A stretch of DNA of 64,000 nt from Fimbriosthenelais zetlandica (Eukaryota). Below the pieces are notes generated by a model. That model saw only the letters and a list, made by a program, of their open reading frames with translations, searched no databases and was not told the origin of the DNA. Made by a program: the position numbers and the translations under genes. Positions 1 through 12,011 of the stretch are shown in pieces. Within the stretch, counting starts at the first letter, position 1, and the number at the start of each line of letters is the position of its first letter. The stretch covers positions 18,662,001 through 18,726,000 of the forward strand of contig OZ365109.1 in assembly GCA_977030845.1 (NCBI GenBank), in the 5' to 3' direction.

Positions 1-720
1 CCAGCCTTACATCCCTATACTTGCCTAGGACAGCCTCTCATTTCTATGCTTGCCTAGGCCAGCCTCTCATCTCTATGCTTGTTTAGGCCAGCCTCTCATC
101 TCTATGCTTGTTTAGGCCAGCCTCTCATCTCTATGCTTGCCTAGGCCAGCCTCTCATCTCTATGTCAGCCTCTCATCCCTATGCCCGCCTAGGGAGCCTC
201 TCATCCTGCGCAGCCTAGGCCAGCCTCTTATCTATGTCGGCCTCATATCCCTATGCTAGTCTTTGCCAGCCCCACATCCCTATGCCTCTGTCAGCCTCTC
301 ATCCCTATGCCAGCCTAGACAGCCTCACATCCCTAGGCCAGCCTCTCATCCTGTGGCAGCCTATGCCAGCCTCCCACGCCTATGCCAGCCTAGACAGCCC
401 CTAATCTCTATGCTTGGCTAGGCCAGCCTCACATTCCTATGCCAGTCTAGGCCAGCCTGTCATCTCTATGCCAGCCTAGCCAGTCTCACATATATATGCC
501 AGTCTAGGCCATCCTCTCGTCTATATGCCAGCCTCTCATCCCTATGCCAGCCTCTAATCCTCATATCACCCTCTCATCATGTGGCAGTCTAGGCCAGCCT
601 CTATTCCACTATTCCTGCATCTCATCCCGATGTCAGCCTGTGGCAGCCTATCATCCCTATAAAAGTCTCTCATCCCGTTGCAGCCTAGGCCAACCTATCA
701 TCCCTATTCAGTATTACCCT
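1..720. repeat. Degenerate ~29-30 bp minisatellite (consensus approx. CTATGCTTGCCTAGGCCAGCCTCTCATCT), truncated by the window start
   Basis: Near-exact units at ~31-160 decay rightwards into shuffled CAGCCT/CTCATC/CTATGC modules. ORF 544-726 is a by-product of the repeat. Confidence 0.9.
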
Positions 721-1112
721 TTGTAATCTAATCATGTCTGATTTTATATTTCCTTCAAGTTCTCATGTTTTAATACCATATCCATTTTTATGTCTCCATG
801 TGATATCCATGTCAGCATAATTGTAATGTTTCCCAATCTAGATTTCTATGCATAACTTTAATCCTATGTTCCCCATCTTATATGGATTGATGTATCTAAA
901 CCTTATCCCAGGTAGTCTCTATAGGTGCGCACATCATAGGCCCTATCATCAAATCATCAATGATTTGATATAGGATGCAGGCAGCTTTATCTCATGGCCA
1001 TTGTATTTAGTGTATCTTTTGTTGCAGTATGAATAATAAAAAACCATTGGACTTCTGAACACTACTACATGTATTAGTATTTCTAGTTTAGAGTTTATAA
1101 TATGGGTCGAGG

Positions 1113-1176
1113 CTTGTCGTTATATGGGGCCTGTTTCATAACCCTAGGCTATTGTATGGCCCCATATAACGGCAAG
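1113..1176. repeat. Short inverted repeat (19-bp arms, 26-nt loop) overlapping a GGGGCCTGTTTCATAA MITE-terminus-like motif
   Basis: CTTGTCGTTATATGGGGCC (1113-1131) pairs with GGCCCCATATAACGGCAAG (1158-1176), 18/19 complementary. Confidence 0.7.
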
Positions 1177-3950
1177 GTAGGAGGATAGATAAGTACCTTT
1201 CCTGGAGATTTTCCTGAGATCGTACTATGCGACGGTGATTATGATTGAATTTCACTTAACCTTCTTTTGGGAGGCGGGCGGATCAAAAAAAAAATCATGA
1301 CTGGTACCGGTAATCCAAAATTAAATTTAGATATAGAGATAATAATAAATAACTTAATTAATTTTAAGTTAGCTTAAATGAAGACCTATATTAATATACA
1401 ATGTAGATATTTTTTAACATCCCAGGACTAGTAGCTCAAAAGCCTTATTAGGTCTAGATCTACAATGTTTTTCTACACAAGAGGTAGGCCTACACTTAAC
1501 ATTGGCGGATCCTTGAACCAAACAAAAAGAAATTCGTCTTCATATTATGGGGAAATGTAATGGGCCTAGTCCTATTTGATTCTGAAAAGTAGGTAGGCCT
1601 AGGCCTACAAATTCAAAAGTATTGTGTCGATAGGCTTCTGACAGGGTTGTAGCCATGGCCCATGCAGCTAAATTAGCCTATCGGCCTAGGTCTCAGGATT
1701 CGGTGTCTTCAGGGTTGGTTACAGTCCGGAACAAGGGGTGGTAATTTATCACAGTTAATTTCAAATATTTTCATTTTTTTTATTGGTAGTCCACGGTGCG
1801 GTGCCATAGATCTTATAATAATATACCGTAGCCTACCCACATAAGCCTACAGTAACATTAGTCTTTTGGACCATAAATTCCGAAGCTAGGCTTACCCGAG
1901 AATCTCTCACTATTTGACTTTAGCCTAGACCTAGGCCCTATACATTAATAAATTTAGCCTTTAATTAACCGCTATGTGCATCACAAATGAATAACAGATA
2001 CTCGATTTAGATTTCTCAACTTTATATCTGTTGACTTTCAAGAAAACAGCAACCTAGTTAGGCTACATTGTCTGTGTGCATGATGTCGTAGTGCGTGGTA
2101 ACGTTAGTGACGACTTACTGACAGCAAGTCCCGGTTACATTTGGTATGCCTATAAGTGAACTGATAGACTTGCGGAAGGTCGATGATCTTATGCCTTGGT
2201 CCGTAAGATGATTTTAAAAGAATTTCATGTATATTTAATTCAATGTAGCCAAGAACAAAGCCGTCTCTTGTTGTCCATGGGAGCGTATCTTGAGCGACTC
2301 GGCTCAGGCCATAGCCTTAGTGAGGAAACCACCCGGGACTACCCCCATTCTAGACCCTCACAATTCTTTGAATCATTCTCAATCTAAAGAATCTATTTAT
2401 GTGTGTAATGATGAAAAGCAAGAATAAGTCATTCTTATAGAGGTAGAGATTATTTTAAGAGTCTGTTATGGCTTTATTTTAATGGAAATCGACGTTTATT
2501 TTCGGATTCGGCATGCCGGGCGATAATAGAGGTTCCCGGGGTTTTGTTTATCCCCAGCGACCGAAATCTCGCGCTTTCTCGCAGGTTGTGCCACTTCCGC
2601 TGTCCCGCCCTATGCTTAGTGGAGTTTTAAAGTCTGGCAGGGGAAATGGGATTATTAATGATTACTGGTAACATTATGGCTAGTTTATATTGTTATCAAT
2701 GTACATGTATTGGGCCTACAGTTACTACATGTTGTTTCATTCAAGATTAGTTAAGGTTACCGTTGCTTGAATATGCCGACGATATACTGGGCTTAATATT
2801 GTGATCGACATTAGTGTCTATATGGGACATAAGGGAAGCAACAGCAATTGCAAAAGAGCAATTCTTTTATGGAGTGAGACTATCTACAAATTGTGACAAT
2901 AAAACTACTTGCAATGCGTTGATCACATAATAGCCTATAAACGAAAATATGGATATATATCTTTTGAGAAAAATGTTATTTCATGTCGAATTTTCAATGC
3001 GTTTTCTTCATCAAGTGGTGAAAGTAATTTTTCTAACGTCAGGTGCCCTAATTCCGTCAGGTGTCTTAATTCCGTCACTTTAATAAATGATCCCTTGCCC
3101 TTCCTCTGTCCAGGCGCAACCATGGTATGTAAACGTTTCTTAAAAGTTGAGCGCATTTTCTACTATTTAGATTGTTTTTAAGGCTTCTAGCCTCATAATT
3201 ATGCGTCGAAAATGGTCTCAGAATATTAGAGCTCTCAAAAGTAGCATCAAACCCGTGATGGCAATCTTGTAGTGCGATTTTGCAAAGTTTTTCTTCATAT
3301 CACAGGTAGATGTCAGCCTCTGCTGACAGTTATTTTATAGTTGCCAGTACACTCTACTAACATCCTGGAAGGTCAGAACATTAAGGGAGCATTTATTATT
3401 TGAAAGAAACAATACCAATGGAAGTGACGGAATTAGGACCAGAAAAAAGGGCTGTATGACGGCATTAAGACCCCCCTCGCAATAATTGGTCCATATTCCG
3501 TCAAGGGAGTCCTTATTCCGTCATGGGGCCCATTTGGGGTGTCCTTATTCCGTCAGGGAGAGGGCGATGCTAATTCAGACAAGTATTATAGACCTCTATA
3601 GGCTCAATATACATATAACTGGGCAATATAGCCATTAATTATAGCCTGGAATGTGGAATGTGGAGCTATATTAGTAGGATATCATGAAGTGAGAGGAGAA
3701 ATCGGCCTTACAAAGGCTACATGCACGCTCCAGACCTAGTAGCCTATAGCCAAGAATAGTATAATGGGCTAGGCCTATTAATAGCTATCTGTCCAAGACT
3801 TTGTCGGTTCTGGATTTGTTATCTCTTCAGCAATAAAAATCACGAATAGTCATACCCGCACCAGGAAACTAGCTGTGGCCATCTTTGCCAAGCCTCCTGG
3901 AAGTGTACCGCCACCTGGTAGCCTACGTGTTAACACTTTTTGTGGTCCAC

Positions 3951-4195
3951 GGGCGGCTTGGTCAAACCATCTGTGGGTGGCTTGGTCAAACCATCTGTGG
4001 GTGGCTTGGTCAAACCACCTGTGCCATGGGTGGCTTGGACAAACCACATGTGGATGGCTTGGTCAAACCACCTGGTAGTGTGCCGCTACCTGGCCCATGT
4101 TAACACTTTTTTTGGTCCATGGGCGGCTTGGTCAATTCACCTGTGTGTGGCTTGATCAAACCACCTGTGGGTGGCTAGGTCAAACCACATGCGGA
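3951..4195. repeat. 24-bp minisatellite (GGCTTGGTCAAACCACCTGTGGGT) embedded in a ~175-bp duplicated block
   Basis: About 8 units are visible. The flank ACCTGG...GTTAACACTTTTT..GGTCCA occurs twice (~3896-3950 and ~4070-4120). The four overlapping ORFs 3850-4155 are translations of the repeat. Confidence 0.9.
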
Positions 4196-4959
4196 TAGGG
4201 ATTTCAAGCCAACTGTGGCTGATTTTATGCCTTCTATGACCAGCTAAAATTAGGCTTTTTTGAAATTAATCAGGTGTTATATAAGCGGAATAATAATCCG
4301 ATTTAGGGAATAAACAACAGTGGTTTATAAGCAATATTTTTATTGAATAATAACATGATAACACAATGCAATACATTATAATTATTCACCTTCGATGTTA
4401 ACCATAACCAAATGTTAGCCAAATACATGATATAAACTAATTCCATCTATCGTATCAATTTAAATTATTTCCAATTACAATATTGATACCTTGGTCTAAG
4501 TACATTTGTAATTACAAATTTCTGAAAAAAAAGTGTCATTGCCCATAGTCACCCTCCCTAACCTAATGTAATGAGTTTAATTTTTCACTGATCCGTACCA
4601 AGCTCGTCGTAAATATATGGTACTCATCAAACATACTCTTCATCAATACATGTATATTAAATAATTCACCGATTTTTATATAGCACAGTAACCTATTATA
4701 GTTCAGAGCGCTTTGCAGTCATTATTATCCTTCGTCATTTCGTCATTTTCACTCCTACTCTATGTATATAGTTAACATTTCTCACCTGCCTTATTAAAGA
4801 AGTATCATACGAAAATATACTTCTAGGTTTAGTTTAATATTTACGTTTAATTTAACATGCCCTTAATCAAAACATATTAACAATGTATATTTTGAAAAAT
4901 ATATATCTAGCTTTAATCTAATACTTAAGTTTAGCTTTAATAATTAAGTTTAACTTAAT

Positions 4960-6230
4960 ATTCTTGAACCGGTCACAGAACTTGAGGTACTCTGTCTCTG
5001 CAGCTTTTTCTGTGGCCCTCTTTTTCCTGCTATATAGAACACATTGGCACCCAACAAACTTTTACAGCAAAGATTTTGTGTTTTTACCCTTTGGCCCCCT
5101 GGGTACTGTAACTATAATCTATATTACAATAATTTCTATATGACAAAGTAAATTGGTAATTTTTACCGGTTAAAATGTATAAAACAAATATAATTATCAG
5201 AACTATATAACGTCTGGGCTCATCTGCACTAAATAAGGCTATGCAAGCTTCCATGTGAAACTGAATGGAACATAGTATTATATATTGCATTAGTTTGAAA
5301 AATAAGAATAATAATTTTATTAAATATTCAAATTATATTATTGAGAGGGTCATTATATCCCTGTTTCTTTAATCTACAGGGCAGTAGTTAGTTATACATT
5401 TTCCTCAGTACTTCCATTTCATATTTACACCTTGCCCACCATATAATTTATCTCATGTCAATGTCACAAACTGTGTAAAATACAACTCACATTAATTCAA
5501 ATAATTCATGAAAATCCACAAATACATGTACCTATTTAAATCGTTCAAATTACAAAAATATCAGTATCCAGAGGAGGGCAGACCTTTTTGGCAAGGTCCC
5601 ATCCCAAGGTTTAGCATCTCCCAGCAGCCTTGTCATTTGCCCTTCTTGCCCATGTTGCTCGTCATTAGATCCATTTCTATCGAACCTTTTTTAACTGTTG
5701 GATAGTAGTCTCTGATCTATGGATGACTCTCTAGGCATTGTCTAATCGCATCTGAAAAAACAAATATAAGGACTTTTCAGTGACAATAATACTTTTTAAA
5801 AATCCACAAATAATACCAAAAGAAGGGATTGAAATATAGAGGCGGGAAAGCTACCTATATGCATGGTTCTAATTTTGTTGAATGATTTTGCTGCCAACGG
5901 ATGAAGTGCTGGTGACAAGCAAAGCAGCCCTGTCATTCAAGCGAATCTGGAAATGGCAAGGAAATAAAAAAATGATTAGCACAATGTACCTTAAAAGTAC
6001 ATGTATATCTGAAAAGTGGGTTATTTTCATCTTTCAATAGTAAGTAGAGCATTTTTGCTAAAATTAATAATCTACCCTTTAGAACAAATATATTATTTAC
6101 AAGTACATGTAGCAGTCCATATAATACGACCTGCTGGTCTACTTTAATGAATACCACTTATAAAATACCATCTGGTCCGTTTTAACTGCTTCTTGTATAC
6201 TGGCAGTCGGCGGTCAAGATAAGCCTCTGA
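4960..6230 (-). pseudogene. Decayed, spliced exon-like cargo inside the TIR element; product unknown
   Basis: Minus-strand blocks are mostly bounded by AG/GT and separated by AT-rich intron-like DNA: ~6170-6226 (AYLDRRLPVYKKQLKRTR), ~5862-5950 (TGLLCLSPALHPLAAKSFNKIRTMHI), ~5590-5752 (DAIRQCLESHP*IRDYYPTVKKGSIEMDL, in-frame stops), ~5213-5260 (FHMEACIALFSADEPR) and ~4965-5027. Confidence 0.4.
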
Positions 6231-7944
6231 TATAGTTATCATGTCTTACACAATCATGCCCGGTCAACGGTTGACAAGTCGGGCCCAATAAAATGCATAG
6301 AGCAACAATGGGAGTTGGGTATCGGTATAAAGTACTAATATTTATGGAATGCTGGGCGCTTAGAGATATTTTGTCCCTCTAACTTGTATGGGTTATTTTG
6401 GGTCAAAATTTAGACCATGGGCCAGATCATACATCCCCGTACTGCCCACCCCCTATAACCACCACCACATGTCCAAATGACCAAACACGTGGTGCTAGGC
6501 TTATATCAGATACATTATAATGGTGTGTACACAATAGTCCGTGTATAGTGCTATCACTGTAACTCAATATTATTTCATTCTTTTGCATAGTTCTTACTTT
6601 CTCCTATTCATTTCAAATTTAGTTGCACCTAGCATGCATATTACAATATTCTATTTTCTGTCAATTACATATATCGTCATCCCTTTAGTAGAACTAGAAG
6701 CTTTAAAACTCCTACCCACGTGCTAGATAGTGTGTGTATAGTAAATATTAACTTCCTATATATAACGTCCTGTCATATATTTTTTTCACTCCTAATCTTA
6801 ATCGAAGATATCTTATATGAAGTAATATATAGAAATATATCTCCTAAATAGCTATATCAGGGTCCACTAGGGAGACGGGGCAGGGAGGGAGTGTGAGACG
6901 GGGCGGGGAGGGGTGTCTCCCGTCAGAGAGACTATACACTCTGCGCCCGTGGAGTAAAATCAGAGTGAGGGTGGTTATAGACAAGGGGGTATGCATGCAT
7001 GGTGCCGTGGGGAATATGAGAGCCAGCCAGTGGCGGGGGGGGGGGGGGGGGGGGGGTTAAACCATAGTCCGGTATATAGTCCTATCATCCCCATGCAGGC
7101 CCTAACATTTCTGTATGTACAATGCATACTGATCTCTAAGAAGCTAAGATGTTTAAATAGCTACTATTTTGATATGATCTATCCATAATCTTCTCACACT
7201 TCATAAATGTCTTAGGAATGATAAGGATTGTAAACTCAATCAGCCATTCCGATCTGTCTACAACATTCTTCATAATAAACTCTCCAAGTTGCATGTCCAA
7301 GTGCCACGTGAGTTGGAGTGCTTGTAAGATTGCAACCTAATAGCTAAAATAAAAAAAACTAGAAAATAGGGCTCTAAAACTAAAACAAAGTTCAATCTCG
7401 GTACTGTCAGTTTCTGGGCTCAGTAGTGAACTATTTTCAATAAAATGAATAATACTTAGCTTTATGTACGATCACAGCAGAAGAGGAGACCGCCCCCCCC
7501 CCCCTTCCATTCACAGAGACGTCAGTTTTGAAAAGAACTTTTGAATGTGCACCACGTGATTAAATTCACGTGACCAATCTGTGCAACTTCCTGATGCTGG
7601 AGAAAGGACTCTGAGCCGCTATTTGCATTTGTCACCTGAAATATAAAAATAATTACAATAGGTAAAAACTATGATCATGAGACCAGTATGAAAAATTTGT
7701 TTCAATAAGGAAATTTTGAGTTGGGGAAGTACATTAAATCCATGCCTATGTGTATACCGCATTCAGTAAACAAAAATGGGGAACACTGGTGAGAAAAGGG
7801 TAGAAAATTAAATTAGCACCTTTACATACCTTATGATTGGTAAGATGTGTTCGAGATGAATGATTTCGATGACTTGATGCAGATGCTCAGGCTCCAATTT
7901 TACTTATTAATTTGTTATTACATGTTTCCCTCCTTCTGTTGGGG

Positions 7945-8725
7945 GCGGCAAGCATCCCGTGGGTCTGCTTCACACAGACGCTGACGTGATGGGAGATTAT
8001 GTGGGGATGGCAAGCCTCCCGTGGATCTGCTTCACATAGACACCTATGGGACAGGACCATGTGTGGGGATGGCAAGCCTCCCGTGGGTCTGCTTCACATA
8101 GACACCTATGGAACAGGACCATGTGTGGGGATGGCAAGCCTCCCGTGGATCTGCTTCACATAGACACCTATGGGACAGGACCATGTGTGGGGATGGCAAG
8201 CCTCCCGTGGATCTGCTTCACATAGACACCTATGGGACAGGACCATGTGTGGGGATGGCAAGCCTCCCGTGGATCTGCTTCACATAGACACCTATGGGAC
8301 AGGACCATGTGTGGGGATGGCAAGCCTCCCGTGGGTCTGCTTCACATAGACACCTATGGAACAGGACCATGTGTGGGGATGGCAAGCCTCCCGTGGATCT
8401 GCTTCACATAGACACCTATGGGACAGGACCATGTGTGGGGATGGCAAGCCTCCCGTGGATCTGCTTCACATAGACACCTATGGGACAGGACCATGTGTGG
8501 GGATGGCAAGCCTCCCGTGGATCTGCTTCACATAGACACCTATGGGACAGGACCATGTGTGGGGATGGCAAGCCTCCCGTGGATCTGCTTCACATAGACA
8601 CCTATGGGACAGGACCATGTGTGGGGATGGCAAGCCTCCCGTGGATCTGCTTCACATAGACACCTATGGGTTGGGACCTTATTTGGGGATGACAAGCCGC
8701 CGTGGGTCAGCTTCAAATACACACT
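7945..8725. repeat. 62-bp VNTR, ~12 copies (about 10 nearly identical core units, degenerate ends)
   Basis: GGCAAGCCTCCCGTGGATCTGCTTCACATAGACACCTATGGGACAGGACCATGTGTGGGGAT starts at 8009, 8071, 8133 ... 8629 with an exact 62-bp period. Confidence 0.97.
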
Positions 8726-10828
8726 GATAAACCATCAGAGCTATGATTTTGAGTTCCTTATATTAAGGACACCTGAATTCATATATATGGAGAAAAATCT
8801 TCTTTGCAATGTCATTTAGACATTGTAGAGCCAATTCGTTTTGCAGAAATAGGTGCACACAATTTTTTAGTCCATATGTGTCTACATGAAGCCCCCAATG
8901 GACGACGTATTTTATTTAATAGGTTTGAACACAGAAGCAATTGCCTCCTCAATATGAATAATATTGATAATGATATTATAGAGTGTCTGTCACATCTAAA
9001 AGTGTGATAGACAATATACTATGAATAAATAACAAGTAACTGAGGGTTTTTAATTTCCCTGGCTTGGCACAGACGCTAATGGACAACAGACGGCAACCAT
9101 GTATTATTTGTGGGAGAGTGGTCCATTTGTGGGGACGGGAGGCTTGTCCGAAGATGGAGACGGGTTATCCCCACCCACAACCCACTTATGGACCACTCAT
9201 GGCAAGGCTTGTGCACATAGGGACATAGGCCTATGCATAGTCTACACTGTTTGGTCTGGCCTACTTCCCGTTCCCGCCATGATAGAGTAGGCCCTATCCT
9301 ATTGGGAGGGTGGGTGGCTAGGCCTACTGTAGGCCTACCATACGGTAGGGCCTACTTCAGATTTCAGGAGGGTGAGGGAATGAACTCTGGAAGGAGAAAG
9401 AAAAGGAGGACTCGAGGAGGGAGGCGAAGTGGTGAGGTGGGATAGGCTAGGCCTAATGAAGGGGCGAGGCCTACATTTTAGTCTAGACCTAGGCCTACCT
9501 GGTAGGGCATGTAGCCTACCCGGTAGTCCTAGTATAGGCTAGCCTATATTTTTTTAGCAAAGTGTTTTTCTGTTTGACATTTGGTCCCTCCTATCTTTTT
9601 AATGGAAATATTTGTTAATTAGGCCTATATAGAATCACAAACGTTTGGAAATAAAGCGGCCTATTCATATAGCCTATAGGTCTAGCCTACCGGTAGGCTA
9701 CATCAGGAGTAGCCTAGGCCTAGCCCTAGCCCTAGGCTTTATGTAGAATAGGCCGATGCCTATGATAGGCCTAGCCTAATGATTGGCCTAGGCCTACCTG
9801 AGTATTTTATCGTTGGTGGGCCGAGGCCTATTTTTTAACAAAGTAAAAAAAACTATTTTCAAAGTAGGCTTAGGCCTAGGGCCTAAATAAAAACCGACCT
9901 CATGTCATCTGGAGGAGAGAGGTGTAAGCCTTAGGCCTAGGCCTATATGCCCTAATCTTTTTCCACGCCGCCATGGGAAAAAATGTTGACTCATTCCTGA
10001 AATTATTAGAACAAATAACCTAGGCCTATCACTAAAAAGTAGGCCTAGATGCGTCGTAGGCTGCCAGCAACATTCGCGCCAAGGAAAAATACCCGGAAAA
10101 AGCCTAGCAATAGCCTATGAAGATGCTTTAATTATAGAAGCTATTTAATAATAAAATATGTAATAAATGGGACTACTTCATGACGGAATAAAGACACCCC
10201 TAATAAAGTATATGACGGAATTAGGACACCCCATTATAATTTCATGACGGAATTAAGACACCCTGACGGAATAGGGACATCCCAAGTGACGACTTAAGGT
10301 CCCCGGTGTCCTAATTCCGTCATACTGACATAGCTTCAATAATTGTTTAATTACAAAACTAAAAATCAATGTTTATTGCATTTTTTGTCATAGATTTGTA
10401 GGAAACAAGTATATTTATTATATGAATAAAAAAAAACTAAGGTGGGAGTGAATAGGTTACAAGCTATAAATGGATATTTGGAGAGGGTGACGGAATTAGG
10501 GCACCCGACGTTATACAGAATATATACATGTATTTCTCAATTTGGAGGTGCTTTAAAATGCTGACATAACAATGATAGAAAATGTGAATAATGGAAATGA
10601 AAAGCAATATCTCTATCAGTCTGTCATCCAAAGCTCAAGGCAGATTTATAAGATGCTCTATATTTCTATCCATACTATTGAACAGTACATAATTTGAGAA
10701 ATTAAACAATAATTAATCTTTAATAATTATGATCCGCTTATGATCACTATTTCTAAAACTATTAGAGGTAACTTTCATAGAAAATTAGTAAATTTGAGTC
10801 ACAAATGCATGTCCGACATTGTGGGTAA

Positions 10829-11039
10829 AGCCGGGACTCCACTGCTGCGATTTTGCTTGCGACACGTCTGCGACAAAGGTGATGCTTGCGTTTCAATGAT
10901 AAATTTACCATTGGAGGACGGCCTTAAGGCCTTAGACACTTGAATCACAATTTATAAATTTTATTCTTACACAACTTCACAAGCATCACCTTTGTCGCAG
11001 TAGTGTCGCAAGCACTGTCGCAGCAGTGGAGTCCCGGCT
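10829..11039. mobile_element. PIF/Harbinger (Tourist-like) MITE, 211 bp
   Basis: The ~60-bp imperfect TIRs begin AGCCGGGACTCCACTGCTGCGA and end TCGCAGCAGTGGAGTCCCGGCT. TAA lies on both sides (10826-10828, 11040-11042). Confidence 0.85.
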
Positions 11040-12011
11040 TAACAACTTGAAATTTATTATTAAACCTTGCCAAGCATTAATAATTGTTAATGGGTAATAT
11101 AAAAACTCATAAATGAGTACTGTATGTTTAAATGTATTATATGTCTCTTTGTATGTCCTGTAATTAGTATGTGTCTGTATATATGTTTTGTCATGTTCCG
11201 TCAATCTGGTTGCGATGAAAACCGACGGCCACGCCGAGAACAACCAGTATAAATAAAACTCTTTAAAAAAAAAAAATGTCCAAAGGCCTTCCTTACACAT
11301 ATCTTTGTATATACGGTATCTTAACCTTGGGCTTACTCATCTTCTTCCCTATTAGAACCAACGTATCCAACCCTAGGGTTGAAGTTATGTTGGCATTTAT
11401 TAACATTTAGGTACCCCTGTATCTTAGAAAATAAAATCGATTAACATAATATTAAAAGTTTGAAACCACAGGAAGTTTCTCCCGATTGTTCATGAAAAGA
11501 ATGTAAATAAGAGGGATTACCCTATTGTTAAGTGTTGAGTCTGATGTATACATGTTGAAAATCTACATGTAAGTGTACATGTCTTGATCATTTGTCATAA
11601 TAATTGATTATTATTGATCAACTCATAAATGTTGATTGTGAAAGATCTGTTCTTAACTTAGAATGAAGGCTAATATGTAAATACGACATATTACATGTTA
11701 TGGTGGGTTTAATTATGTAAATAATAAAGTGCCTTCCATCAAATCGTTTCTGTTGACTCTATGTATATAATTGTCATACTTATATAACCGAATGACTGCA
11801 TGATTTCAAGACTGCATGATATGTCCACCTCCATATTGGTCACTATGGTCCCCCTCCCTCCCTCCCTCCCTCCCGCTCCCCCCCCCCCCTCTCTCTCTCT
11901 GGAGGACAATTAGCTATTTATTACATGTGTTCAACACAATAAGACTTAGGCCTATTTAATTATATTTTCTTAAAGGTAGAAAACGGCCATAAATCCCGAC
12001 AGCTTATTTCG

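Larger units (their letters stand above)
3036..10511. mobile_element. 7.5 kb non-autonomous DNA transposon with 24-bp TIRs, TA target duplication and mirrored subterminal repeats; probably Tc1/mariner-pogo superfamily (ACGT termini as in Fot1/Pot2-like elements)
   Basis: ACGTCAGGTGCCCTAATTCCGTCA (3036-3059) and TGACGGAATTAGGGCACCCGACGT (10488-10511) are 23/24 inverted. TA lies at 3034-3035 and 10512-10513. Clusters of TGACGGAATTAGGACAC-like motifs occur at 3042-3077, 3425-3566 and 10180-10323 in mirror arrangement. I recognised no intact transposase ORF. Confidence 0.8.

Noticed and set aside
2935-3156. ORF MRSTFKKRL... as a pogo HTH, or its flank as a terminal exon hit by the TIR element
   Set aside because: The ORF runs through the TIR into flanking DNA, the similarity is only a few residues, and no partner exons were found.
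7945-8725. CRISPR-like appearance of the regular 62-bp repeats
   Set aside because: The units are contiguous and identical with no unique spacers; there are no cas genes and the context is eukaryotic.
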